64,000 bases of DNA, from NCBI GenBank assembly GCA_037447605.1, contig CM074811.1, forward strand, positions 2,108,001 through 2,172,000, read 5' to 3'. Made by a program: the position numbers and the translations under genes. The notes under the pieces are model-generated. The model was not told where the DNA came from, did no database searches, and saw only the letters and a program-made list of their open reading frames with translations. Source of the DNA: Zygnema circumcarinatum SAG 698-1b. Taxonomy: Eukaryota; Plantae; Zygnematophyceae. How positions within the stretch are numbered: position 1 is the first letter of the stretch; the number at the start of each line of letters is the position of its first letter. Positions 1 to 11,344 of this stretch are shown here, in pieces.

Positions 1-115
1 TAGTTGAAGGTGCCCCCTGACGGATTTCAACCGTCAAATATCTTAGTAGAGTTCATTGCAAAAGTCAGAGCTCTGCCGTGAATTCTGACCATTCTTGGAG
101 CGGAGGCGAGTGCAG

Positions 116-3100
116 AGGCTGCAGGGTCTATCCCTGAGTCAGAAGTGGTCGCGCGCGGTGAATTTCTTCGGTTCAGTATGAGGGACTCTTTGGCTTTGGA
201 GGCTGCGTTCAAGCAGGTGAGGACCCAATTCTAAGCCATGAAGGGTCTAGACATTTGTATCAGTACAGCCGAAGTGAATTAAAAGCACAGGTGGTCACCG
301 CTTTGATTCCTAGGGAAAATTTCCGTTAAACGACGTTTCTCCTTTGAAAGTTCGACGAGCTGCAAGAACAGCTTGTAGTTTTTGTGAAGACGCCATAGCA
401 TAGGTTATGGTACCATTTTATGGCAGTAATGGTTATCATAGAATTCTGTAGTCGGCTCTTGATCTCACTTGGACGATACGTAGGAAAGTGGAAAGAATCT
501 GCAAGGAAGGTGTTACGAGACATCAGCGTTTCGGGCACATTGTTGGCAGCTGAGAATGAAAACGTATGAATAAGCGAGTGTGTATTTATGGCAGTTCAAT
601 TTAGTTCAAGAAAAGTAAAGCGTTGGCTCTATCAGCTTTGTATTGCCTGGACACCTAATTGGCGTCAGCATAGTGAATGCTGAACTGGAAGGATATTTGG
701 AGCTATATGTGTCACGTGGGACGATGTTAACAAGTATTCAAAGCCTGTAGAGTTAGCGCAAGAATTGCAAGGTGCAATTGAAATGAGGCTATCGGTTATG
801 TTGGGAAATGCAATGTCTACTCGACTACTTCGAAGGGATCCGAACTGTGGTAGGAGTTTGATGTGATCATCACATCACAAGTTTTGGCACTTCAAAATCA
901 TTGTTATGGTCGAATCTCAAAGGTCATTGCATCTCTTTTCTCGTATCAGCACAACTCTCCGGGAGTCATCACGCAACCGTTGTGATGCATCAATTGCCCG
1001 CGAATTTCTGACCAAAGTATTTTGGTTAGTTCTACTGAAGTTGGCCAAGCAATGAAATAGGAAACAAATCCTGCCTAACCAAGTTACGGCAAATTTAATG
1101 ACTTCGCAAGTTTGGCGCATTTCGTTTTCGGTTTCCTAGTTATGCTCCTTCCACAAGCTAATGCAGCAAAAAGATCAAGCATTCTTTGGATATGAACGTA
1201 TCGTTCAATCAAGGAGATGGACCCGATAAGTCAGGGTCGCTGTATATAGCTTGTGAGGTCTGCCTTAGAAACGACTTTCAGGCCACGACTTCCGGTCAAT
1301 TAAACTTATTGTCTGCTCCCTTTGAACTTCTCCTCCTTCAGTCAAGCTCGTCTCCTAATGGGGACCCTCATTTCATTTGCAACTTTTGCTCAGCCTTACT
1401 CTGCGTTACAACTGTCTAAATCCTTCTTTGTTGCGTGATGTACATCCAGCGCGAAGAGGAACTTCTTAGGACATGGTGGGAGGAGTATGCAGAATGCAAC
1501 GAAGGCCCGAGTCCTGCTTGTTTGACATCAGCTGCTGCAGAAGAAGAGTTGCCGTCTTCTGCGGACAATTGGCTTGACCCAAATAAGGCAGGGAGTGACG
1601 AGACTATGGGAGTGCCGGTGAAGGGAGGTCTTTACGAGGTGCACACTTGCAACCTCTGCTCCTCCACCCATGTTTAAGGACCTGCCAATTCAAATAAGCT
1701 AAGACATTGAAAACACACAGTCACGTTCAGCTGCAATACCGTAGAAGAAAGTAGCTTTCCTGACCCTGCAAAGAGTGGTGGGCAGGTAAATCTCTGGAAG
1801 AGGAGATCCTTTCCTGTCTATTGGAGTGGCCAAGACCGCCGAGTCCTTCGTGGTTTGTGGTTTGCTCTTTATGGCACTCATTGGCTGCCGCTTCGGGAGG
1901 ATGTGACGGAACAGTTGGAAGTGGCTTACCGGAAAAAGGTCAGACCCTTCAAAGTGGCTCAAACTTTCTGCCGGGATTTAAAAGCAATAGATCAACAAAA
2001 TCAGCTCAGTATGAGGCTTGGTAGCCATCGTCTGTGTAGTCATTTAAATGTCCACTTAATGGGGAGAAGGCGCAAGGGGAGAGGAGATGAGAGATATGTA
2101 TGGGTCCTGGAGAGCTCATGGTAACCACATTGAACGGGAAAAAACCTCACCTTTTAAGTGATAGCAACTAAGACGAGCATGTGTGAGAGCAGGTGTGGCG
2201 ACGGAAGCTCTATGAACCCTCCGGTCTCTACGCAGCACGGATGCCCTTGTCCGGAAAATCCAGTGTGAAAAAATCGGTAATTTGAACTACTTAAGCCCCC
2301 CATTTCATCTTTTTAGCGCAATCCGTGGGTTCTTGAGGTCAAATGTGCATGATCCTTCTTCTTCTTCTTCTGACTATCCTTGCTCCCACTTTGACGCAAC
2401 TATTGGTCTTATCTTACAAGTCATTCACGGTTCAGTAAATAAGTAATTCTGAAGTATGTGCGTTTGCCCCCCTTGTTTGGTACAGACTCTCTATGCTCTT
2501 TTCACCGGAGAGGACAGCACGTGGGAGGCATGGTTGGCGGATGACTCCAACTGGAATTCATGGTTGGCAGGGGCCACTCCGGGGATACCATTAAGGAGAG
2601 GGTTTCTTGACCCACCGGACAATGCTCCGTACACTAAGGTGGGTTTCCATAGACCATGCAAGATGCATCGGTTTGAAAGGCTTTCGTTAGGGCAGGGAAG
2701 CAGTTGTTGTGATGTGATTGGCCAAAATTGATGTTCACACATGACATTGAGGAATTGACCTCATCTAGGGGTGGCTATTTGAATGGTAAGGGAAGGGTGT
2801 CATGACACATGGATGGTCCGTTGAAGCGTGCAGGAGGATAGAATTCAACAAATGGAGGAGGAATTAGATGACTACTGTTCACAGGTAAACTTATGCGAGC
2901 CCTAGTTGGGGTACACCAGCATGCCATGATATGTACTTGTACTTTTGTTCTTTCTCACACAGAAACGGAAAAACTTGGAGACTTCCAGTCCTGCAGTTCT
3001 GCAAAATAGATGACAAAACGTTCCATCCTCATCTTCAGCACACCCAACGGAATGCTGCCATGAAACATAGCCTTATTATCCTTATAGCCTCATAGCATCA

Positions 3101-6100
3101 TGGCCTTATCTAGCATTATTTGCAGATCAGATGGCCATCACTCTCCATGAAGTCTTTTGTAGCTTTAATCGAATTTGGGTAGTGAAATTTGTGTTTTCCA
3201 GGTGCCGGTGGCGCATGTGGTGTTCATGGTGCATGGCATCGGGCAACGATTGGACTCTGCACGTTTTGTGGATCAAGTGACGGAATTCCGCCGAATTGTT
3301 GCATCACTTTCGGAGAAATTCTTGACACGATATCAGCGCATGCAACATCGCTGCCTTTTCATTCCCTGCCAGGTGTGCTTCTTGCGGCGAACTGCATCTA
3401 GGGATTAGATGTTGGTGTAACCCTGAGTCAAATTGTTTTGGTGACAATAGGGATGTACAGCAAGCACCCTTACGAGATGATTTAGCGTTGTAAGAGGAGC
3501 AGGGCAGGGCGTGAGGGGATAGAAGGAGATTGAGAGAGAGATGGGGTGACAGAGAGGAGAGGGAGGAGAAAAGCCCGAGAGAGAGGGATTGAAGGGGAAC
3601 ACGAGAGTTACGGCATTCTGACCACTTCCAAGATTTGAGTCAGTGTTTTGCAGCATACTCTTGAGACTGCACCCTTTGAAAATTATAGTTAAGTTAAGTT
3701 TCTAAGTTATATCAACTACCACTTAATAGACCTTCAAATAATCTGGATTGTGCCAAACTTTGCATCAGTAGGCATGAAGCTTCAACCCCATTTTCACCTA
3801 ACGACCACGTTGGCAATCTGGGTTCATCTATTGCGGCGGTTCTCAAAGCATCCTTTTAGAACATGTCATTTGAAAAGTCATGGAAAGGAATATATGAAAG
3901 CTGAAAAGATGAAGGGCTGTGCTGGTCGCAGTGGCGGCGGGGCCTAAAGCTGGGAGGGGAGGCAGCGGTAGAGGATATCACTCTGGAGGGAGTGCGATCT
4001 CTCCGAACTTCAGTCAGTGCTACCGTACACGATGTGCTCTACTATATGAGCCCTGCCTACTGCCAGGATATCATTGACTCGGTATGCTGTCATTCTTTCT
4101 CTCTAGATATATATCTCGGCCCCACCTCTCCCGCCTCTCCCTCTCTCTTTCTCTCTCACTCTCTCTCTCTCTCTCTCTCTCTCCTCTCCTCTCTCCCGCC
4201 TGTGCTCCCTCACCCCTTCCTCTCACGTCTGCCGCTTCTTACAGTTTCTAGGGTTAGACGCATATAAGGACATTGTAAGATTATTTGTCCCATGCACTCC
4301 TCGAATATGGGATAACCCTTGTCGGCACTTCCGCATTTTGCCTCTTGACTTCCTAGTTCACTGCTTGAGAGGAACAATTGTGCGAGGGGGTTGCAGGTTA
4401 CAACTAATCTGAACTTCCTGTTTAGAAGATTTAAGAAGCGGAATCCGCACTTTACTGGCAAGGTGAGACTCTTTCTCTAACGCTACTAAACTTTAGCAGA
4501 CAACCATGGGAGAGATGCCTCGTTCTCATTCTGTCTTCCACTTTTGCAGGTGTCTGTGTTTGGCCATTCTTTAGGCAGCGTGTTATTACACGACATTCTA
4601 TGTCACCAGAAACCCTCCCAATCGTTGTCGGCTTCAATTTCAGAGGGAACTGCAGCAGCAGTTGTGGAGGGGATTCACAGTGAGGCAGGGAATGTGCTCA
4701 CAGAGGCAGCAGAAGCGGAGTCAATAGTCAACTCTAGAAGCCCTATGAGGGATAATTCCGGTGCAGAGCAACCTTCTGCTCTTTGCGAAGCAGAAACATC
4801 AGCGGAAGAAGGGGGAGACGACGACGTTTCTGCTTTGCAGTGTCAGGTATTCTTGTATTTTTTGGGGTCTTTACATTGTATGTTCTTAAGGTGATAGGCT
4901 GATGTACGTCTTCCGTAGCATTTTGATGGGACAGCGTATTGCTTTGTGGTCATGTTGGACACTGACATGTTTCACTTGTGTTTTTGTCTGAGGCAGATTG
5001 CCGCTTTGCAGGAGCGTCTGGGATATTTGTTAACCAAGAAAAAGGAAGGCCCTTCTCAAAAAGATCACAATGAATGCACACATGACGAACCCAACGCAGG
5101 AAAAGCGGTACTTAAAATTTCAGAAGAAGGACAGACTGCAGAGAGAGGAGGGGAGATCATGGCGGGAGGAGAAGCGAACGTGCGTGATACCACATGTGCT
5201 TCGACTAGTGAGGGAGAATTGGCTTCCCCGTCTAATAGTCAGCTTGGTGCAAACGACACTGAGGTGGAAGTTGATGACGATTCTTTGTCTAATAGACACA
5301 ATGCTTCAATGGACACTGTTGTGGACATTGATGACGAGGATTCATCTAATAGACAACTTCATGCAAGTGACACGGAGGTAGAAGTTGATGAAGAGTCTTC
5401 GTCCAACAAACAGCATGCTGCAAACCACACTGAGGTACAAATTGATGAAGAGGCTCCGTCAAATGTAGAGCACCCTGCAAACTTGACTGAGGTGGAAAAT
5501 GACGAAGAGGCTCGCGGAAACGATGGGAGAGATGCCGATGATGTAGGAGAGGAGGAACTTTTCAGAGCGGACTTGGACACTGAGATTCCTGAGGGAGAGA
5601 CTATGAGTGGGCAAATCCCAGAGGAGGGGATTGCCTCTTTCCCTGGTCAGTCAGTTGAGGATCACAACTGCAACCAGTCAGTGAGTGAGAGTGAGAGTAT
5701 GGCATCAACTTCAGGAAGTTCACGGAAACCGCGGAGACAACATGCTCCACGCATAGAATATGCGATACTGGACTTTGAGGTGGGGGAAACCTAATCTTGC
5801 TGAATTTGCCTTTGTTGTTGTCTTCGCTTCGTTCCTGCCTTTACAGATGTTCTTTTGAAGAATGAAGAGGCTTGATTTATATTTCATGTCATGCTGCTAT
5901 CTGATAGGTCTTCAATCCTGTGGATGGTTTGCAGGTTGACTCCTTTTTCGCTGTGGGCTCTCCTTTGGGGCTTTTTTTGGCCTTGAGGAACATCCGGCTA
6001 GGTACTGGTGAGTAACGCATAGTGAGATGTTGTGAAAGTCACTCAAAACAAAAAAAAAAAAAAAAAAAATTCTTATGAAGTATTCATTGCTCTTGGCCAG

Positions 6101-7753
6101 CCCCCTCAACTTCCCTTTTACCCATCCCCACTCCCCGTTTTCTTCTTTCCTCCCTATTCTATCCATCCTTTGAGAAAAAAACCTAAAAACCCTAAAAACC
6201 CTAAAAGTTAAGTATTAAAGTGGAGCTTGTATTTGAAGTATCGAAGAAAGTCGAGGTGCTGATGGTAGCGAGATGCCTTGGCGGAAACAGGCGATGGGCC
6301 GGAGCAGTTGGAGGGGATACAAGAGGAATTGCCGGCTTGTCGGAGCCTTCTGAACATTTTTCATCCATATGACCCTGTAGCCTATAGGTACTTCCTCTTT
6401 TGTGCTATGCAAGTTTTTTCATCTACTCCTTGACCTTTTCACACTTCAAATTGACCGTTGTAACTTGGTTCACTTAGACAGCAATTGCCCTGCATCTCCA
6501 GGCAACATAAGACCTCTTTCCCTGTAGAATGTTAATGTTTGCTGGTCATTAACAAAACAGAACATGTCAGAACATGTACTTAGGCTTTGAGAAGACGTGA
6601 AGGCCGCTAAACAAGCTTTTGGTTTCATGACAAACTTACATCGAATGCTGCTTGAGGTGCAGGATAGAGCCCCTTGTTTCGCGAGAGTACGTTAAGTTGA
6701 AGCCTGTGTTTGCCCCACATTATCGAGGTCATCGACGAGTCCATATTCAGTTTCAGGTACATTCTACAGCTCAGTGCAGGATTAGCTTTGCTATGTCACT
6801 GCAAATCGAGAGCTAGTTGAATTCAGTATCTCCCTCATGGTAATGTTATAGTATTGGCTATCGGTACATATAATCTTCTTATGCTATGGTATGTGCAGGA
6901 ATGGCAAGATGAAATCGTGAATCGAATTCGTCGATTTTTCAAGAAAGGAAAGAAGTTTCTGTTCGGTATGAAGGTACGACTTAGCTCTGGGGGGATGTTC
7001 ATTTCATTCCGTGAATTGGAAACTGTAGATCAAATTGATTGCATTGTGCCTTCAGCTCTGCTCCATCGTTTAGCATGAGTTTGTGAGGCCAAAAGGTGAT
7101 GGCAGAGGAGGGCTGTACTGACCCGCGAGCAGGAGAGGATGATGGTTGGCTTTGCAGACGCAGTGCTTTGGATTATTTACCTGCGAAAAAGGCATTGAGA
7201 AACCAACAGGTGCAGATGCTAACCCTCGGTAAAGGAACTATGCATGTATGGGCACCATCATGCTCATGTCTTGAGGGCGCATGTAGACATTTGGGTAATG
7301 ATTTGTCCTTGTGATTAGACTTCTCTCTACCATTGACAATTGCCATTGCCACGATTGCAGTGGGAACCTAACGGTTTCATGCCAATCATAAACGTTGAAT
7401 TTTATGGGTGAAGTGTTGCTGTGTTGTCTACGAGCATATGGGGGCAAAGATATTGCTTTGTGCGAGGATAAAACCACCAGTAGAGGTGTATCTAGACAGT
7501 AGCTCCACATATATCGGAGCTGGTTTGCTTGTCAAGTCTTCTCTATTTTCTTCTAGCACTTTAGTGCATGTAAGCTGACTGAAGAGTGATTTAATCTTTA
7601 CATTCTCTTCCCCCCTCTTCATTTCCTCTGCCTTCCTCTCTTTACCCCTCGTTCTCCTTCCCCCCCCCCCTTCCTCCCTCGCCTCTGCTCCTCTCTCCTC
7701 CTCTCCATTTCGCTCATGTGCCTTTCGCTCTTCCTCCTCTCTGCTCTTATTGT

Positions 7754-7803
<50 letters not shown>

Positions 7804-8878
7804 AAGCAGCGGCGGAAGAGGAGGATGCCCGCACGAAGCTGCAGCTCGAGGAGTACGCGAAAAGGCTCATGGCGAGGCTCACAGGCAGCGCCGATGGCCG
7901 CATAGACTACATGCTGCAGGTGGGCGACGTGTAGGGGTTGTAGGGGTTGTAGGGTTGTAGGCTTTGTAGGGTTTTAGGGTTAATAGGGTTTAGGATTCTA
8001 GCTAAAGCTGGAAAATGCTCAATTTTGGGCTTCTTCTGTTTGGTTCAATCGAGCCATGCCCCTCCCTGAGATTTTTTATTCATCATTCATTCATTCCATC
8101 GCTTTGTCTTTCCTCCCAATGCCAATTCGTTTCGTTCCTCACCGGGCGGCCCCAGCGCGGGCCCTTTTGTTGTTGCAGGAGGCGACCTTCGACTACCAAT
8201 ACATCGTTGCGTTCAAGTGCCACCTGTACGAGGCAGCCTCTAAACCCTAACTTTGAAACTTAAACCCTAAATCCTGAACCGTAATCCTTTCAACACAAAG
8301 CCTGAAGCCCTGAACCCTAACCTTACACCCTAAACTCTGAGCCCTGAAAACATTAAATCCTGAACCCTAAAGTCTTAACCCCAAAACCTGAACCTCTGAA
8401 CCTTTAACCCTAGCCCTTAAACGTTAAACCCTAACCCTAACCATAAAGCCTAGAACCTAAGCCTTAGCCCTTGAAGCTTAAACCTCGAGCACTAACGTTT
8501 AAACCTTAAATGCTTAACGCTAATCCTTAAACCTTAAACCCTGAACCTTAACCTCCTAACATTATACTCTGAACCCTAACCCTTAGCTTTAAACCCTGAA
8601 TTCTAATTCTTAAACCATAAACTCTAAACCTTAAACCCTAACCTTTATCCCTATGTCCTGAACCCTAACCCTTGGCCCTCTTAACCCTAAACCCTAACCC
8701 TTGGCCCTCTTAACCCTAAACCCTAACCCTTAAACATTCAAACCTAAAACCTTAACCCTTAAACCCTCAGCCTTGAACCTCAACACTCAACCGTAAACCC
8801 TGAACCTTAATTCTTAAGTCTTAAACCTTGAATCCCAATCCCCATTCTTAACCCCTCTCTCTCTTCCCCCCCCTCCTC

Positions 8879-8914
<36 letters not shown>

Positions 8915-9222
8915 CTATTGTTGCCATCAGGACATACTGGAGCGACAAAGACACGGCGCTGCTCATCATTCAGCACCTTTACCGGGACACGCCGAGGGAG
9001 CCCTTCGGCGACTTTGAGGAGGAGGCGGGCGGGAGCAGCGAAAGGAGAGAGGAGGGCAGGCGGAGGGGGAGGCCGCGGACGGCCTTCGACCTCGACGACG
9101 ACGACGGCGTCGCTCTCACATTCCAAAGCGGAGGGAAGGCGGCGGCCGCACTCGCAGACGCCTTGAGGATATCGCGGGCGGCAGACCCTCTCAATGTGCA
9201 GCGATGGGGTCTCGCAGCATGA
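116..9222 (+). CDS. SGR2: DDHD-domain phosphatidic acid-preferring phospholipase A1, SGR2-like (multi-exon; 5' end lies upstream of window)
   Basis: Exon 116-216 (FLRFSMRDSLALEAAFKQ) joins exon 1450-1638 (REEELLRTWWEEYAEC...GVPVKGGLYE). Further motifs: HVVFMVHGIGQ (~3210-3245), lipase GHSLG at 4562-4576, FFAVGSPLGLFL (~5935-5990), NIFHPYDPVAYR (~6350-6387), GRIDYMLQ (~7897-7920), TYWSDKDTALLIIQHLYR (8931 on), stop TGA 9220-9222. Matches my recollection of Arabidopsis SGR2 motif order. Confidence 0.92.
5231..5512 (+). repeat. In-frame 57-bp (19-aa) acidic tandem repeat, ~4.5 copies, inside an SGR2-like exon
   Basis: Units start at 5255, 5312, 5369, 5426, 5483 (exact 57-nt spacing): DTEVEVDDDSLSNRHNASM / DTVVDIDDEDSSNRQLHAS / DTEVEVDEESSSNKQHAAN / HTEVQIDEEAPSNVEHPAN / LTEVENDEEA. 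Confidence 0.9.
7755..7801 (+). repeat. (CT)n microsatellite; similar (CT)/(AG) tracts at ~4140-4195, 8850-8912, 26640-26680, 31210-31280, 50820-50850
   Basis: Direct inspection. Confidence 0.95.
7935..8000 (+). repeat. Short G-rich telomere-like tract (GGGTTT/TAGGG variants) in intron
   Basis: taggggttgtaggggttgtagggttgtaggctttgtagggttttagggttaatagggtttagg. Confidence 0.8.
8240..8822 (+). repeat. Degenerate interstitial telomere-like array (AAACCCT/AACCCT variants) filling most of an intron
   Basis: Dozens of aaaccct, aaccct, aaccttaa and ccctgaa units; includes a local duplication of aaccctaacccttggccctctt (~8661-8711). Confidence 0.9.
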
Positions 9223-10079
9223 GGAAAGAGAGGTCAATAACGGAGCCGCTTTAGAAATCTGAATGTTTATAGCACAAGAAGTTTTCGAGAGAAGAAGGTT
9301 TTGTACTCAATTTCTTGAAGACTTTTGATGTGCGTCCTCCAGTCTTTCGACTTGGCAGACCTAGAGTAGAGTTCCTAGGTCCTAAGCCAATGTAAGTAAA
9401 ACTTAGAGTCTTCACCTTGGCCCATCTTACCTTATCCCTATTCCCTATCCCTTTAGCTACAGCATGGCATTGTTCAGAGGGCTCAGTACCGCAAATTATA
9501 GCTGATATCCTAGCTGAAATAGGCACTTGACACTTTAGTTTGGGCGATTCTCTTCCCAGCGTAGAGCAGCGGTTTGTTGATCATGCATTTTAGAAACGTT
9601 GTGTGAAAGTGAAGAGACAGAATGGGGTCGGTCTCCGCCATTAGTATACAGCTGCTGCAGGTTACAGTCTGTCAATCCAATTGAAAGCTTTCTGTGAAAA
9701 ATGTTCTGTTCGGACTTCAAAGCTAATGAGGGCACTGATATTGCTTCTACAACATGCAAAGATTGTTTTGTTGTTGTTGTTGTTGTTGGTTTGTTCCTTC
9801 TGATTCAATGCCCATAATATTTAATTGCATGATGAAGTAAATGTGAACTGAAATTGACAGTGTGAATATTTCTTGTGAATGGGCTCAAGCTCCACTCCTC
9901 ACTGTGCTTGTCAATCTTAAAATAATCGGAAGGGTTTCGCATGGAGATTAGCTTTGAAATCAGTACGCTTACGACTAAGCATTTCCTGGGACAAATGTAC
10001 TAGTTTCGAGCTCGTCCTAGTATGGAATTAAAGCCAAGCCCTGTCACGGTAGGGAGATTCAATCTTAGGAACCAATAAG

Positions 10080-10500
10080 GAGCCAATTGGACATTGAACA
10101 ATTAATTCTCGATCATGTTCAATTTCAATTTACTTTGCATCCACCGATCAACTTTGAGATTGCAGGGTCCACGCGCGTTCAAGTTTTGCCCGTTTCGATT
10201 TCGTACCGTACGGAAATCGTTGATCTTGCCCAAAATGTCGTACGGCGAAAACTGAGCCGGAGTTACTGTACACAAATCTTTCAGTCAATCCTACGTGGCA
10301 AAAACTGGAATTCACACTTGCAACCGAACAGATTGAGACTCTGAACTATTGAACTTTGTTTTACATTGTTCAATTTGAAAAACTGTTCATTTCGAGTGTT
10401 CAAAAGTTAAAATGAGACCTTTTCATTTGAACATTGCACAATTCCAAGAAAAAAGTTCAATTGTTCAATTAATGGTAGTAGGATGTTCAAGTTCATAATC
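10080..10500. repeat. Degenerate element with ~12 TTGAAC/GTTCAA motifs in both orientations around a central CGTACGG core; possible old MITE
   Basis: TTGAAC/GTTCAA recur from ~10095 to ~10490; cgtaccgtacgg at ~10202 and gtcgtacggc at ~10237. No clean TIR/TSD found. Confidence 0.4.
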
Positions 10501-10727
10501 GATAGCGAGTAAAATTCCATGGAAATTTCTGCTAGGGGAGGTTCCAGGGTTAGATTGGCATTCTAGAATCGACCTTCAAACAAATAGGGCCTTCCCTGGG
10601 GCCGTGTGCGACCCTGAACCCCCGTCTGCAGGCCCAACTTACTGAGGGCAAAAAAAATCCTTTCGAGGTTTCATCGATCGAAAAGATGAAAACAAAATAT
10701 CAGTGCACAGCAAAACCGATCTGTGGG

Positions 10728-10801
10728 CCACCACGACGGGATTCGAACTCGCGACCTTTGGATTTGAAGTCCAACGCGCTAATCCACTGTGCTACGCAGT
10801 T
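10728..10801 (-). tRNA. tRNA gene or pseudogene with tRNA-Arg(UCG)-type body but UCA anticodon
   Basis: Minus-strand sequence AACTGCG TAGCACAGTGGATTAGCGC G TTGGA CTTCAAA TCCAA AGGTC GCGAG TTCGAAT CCCGT CGTGGTG G. A-box and B-box intact, perfect 5-bp anticodon stem, short variable loop, T4 run ~11 nt downstream. Mismatches at pairs 1:72, 12:23 and 52:62. Confidence 0.8.
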
Positions 10802-10862
10802 TATCTCAGTCTGGGCACTATATGTTAATTTTGTACCCAAGTTTAACAAATAAAACCCTACA

Positions 10863-11054
10863 ATCCTGAAATCCTGAAATCCTGAAATCCTGAAATCCTG
10901 AAATCCTGAAATCCTGAAATCCTGAAATCCTGAAATCCTGAAATCCTGAAATCCTGAAATCCTGAAATCCTGAAATCCTGAAATCCTGAAATCCTGAAAT
11001 CCTGAAATCCTGAAATCCTGAAATCCTGAAATCCTGAAATCCTGAAATCCTGAA
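10863..11054 (+). repeat. Perfect tandem array (ATCCTGAA)x24
   Basis: 24 identical 8-mers from 10863 to 11054, followed by an ACCCTGAA variant. Confidence 0.97.
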
Positions 11055-11280
11055 ACCCTGAAAATCTAAAAACCCTGAAACCCTAAAAACCTAAAACCCT
11101 AAAACCCTAAATCCCTAAAGCCCTAGAACCTCAAAACCCCAAAACCCTAAAACGCTAAAACGCTAAAACCCTAACCCTAACCCCTGAAACCCTAAACTTC
11201 TCAACCCCTGAAACCCTGAAGCCCTGCAACCCTAAAGCCCTTTTTCCCCATAACCTTAAACCCCTAAAACCCTAAAACTG
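11055..11280 (+). repeat. Degenerate telomere-like/telo-box array (AAAACCCT-type) directly upstream of the BUD22-like gene
   Basis: Repeated aaaaccct, aaaccctaa and aaccccta units; TATATA at 11281. Confidence 0.85.
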
Positions 11281-11344
11281 TATATACCGAGCGGATCCCG
11301 AGCGTATCGGCCTCGACCCGCGGAGGGGCCGAGCGGGGCCCGCC

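Noticed and set aside
7428-7960. ORFs with ERERER/LSLSLS runs (also ~26650, ~50800, ~58450)
   Set aside because: Translations of (CT)n/(AG)n microsatellites, not proteins.
9985-10000. ggacaaatgtac match to the MITE B terminus
   Set aside because: Only 12 bp and lacks the CCCTA end; may be chance.
10728-10801. Selenocysteine tRNA
   Set aside because: The loop matches, but there is no long variable arm or extended acceptor/D stems; the body is tRNA-Arg-like.
10863-11054. CRISPR-like array
   Set aside because: Contiguous 8-mers with no spacers, in a eukaryotic context.
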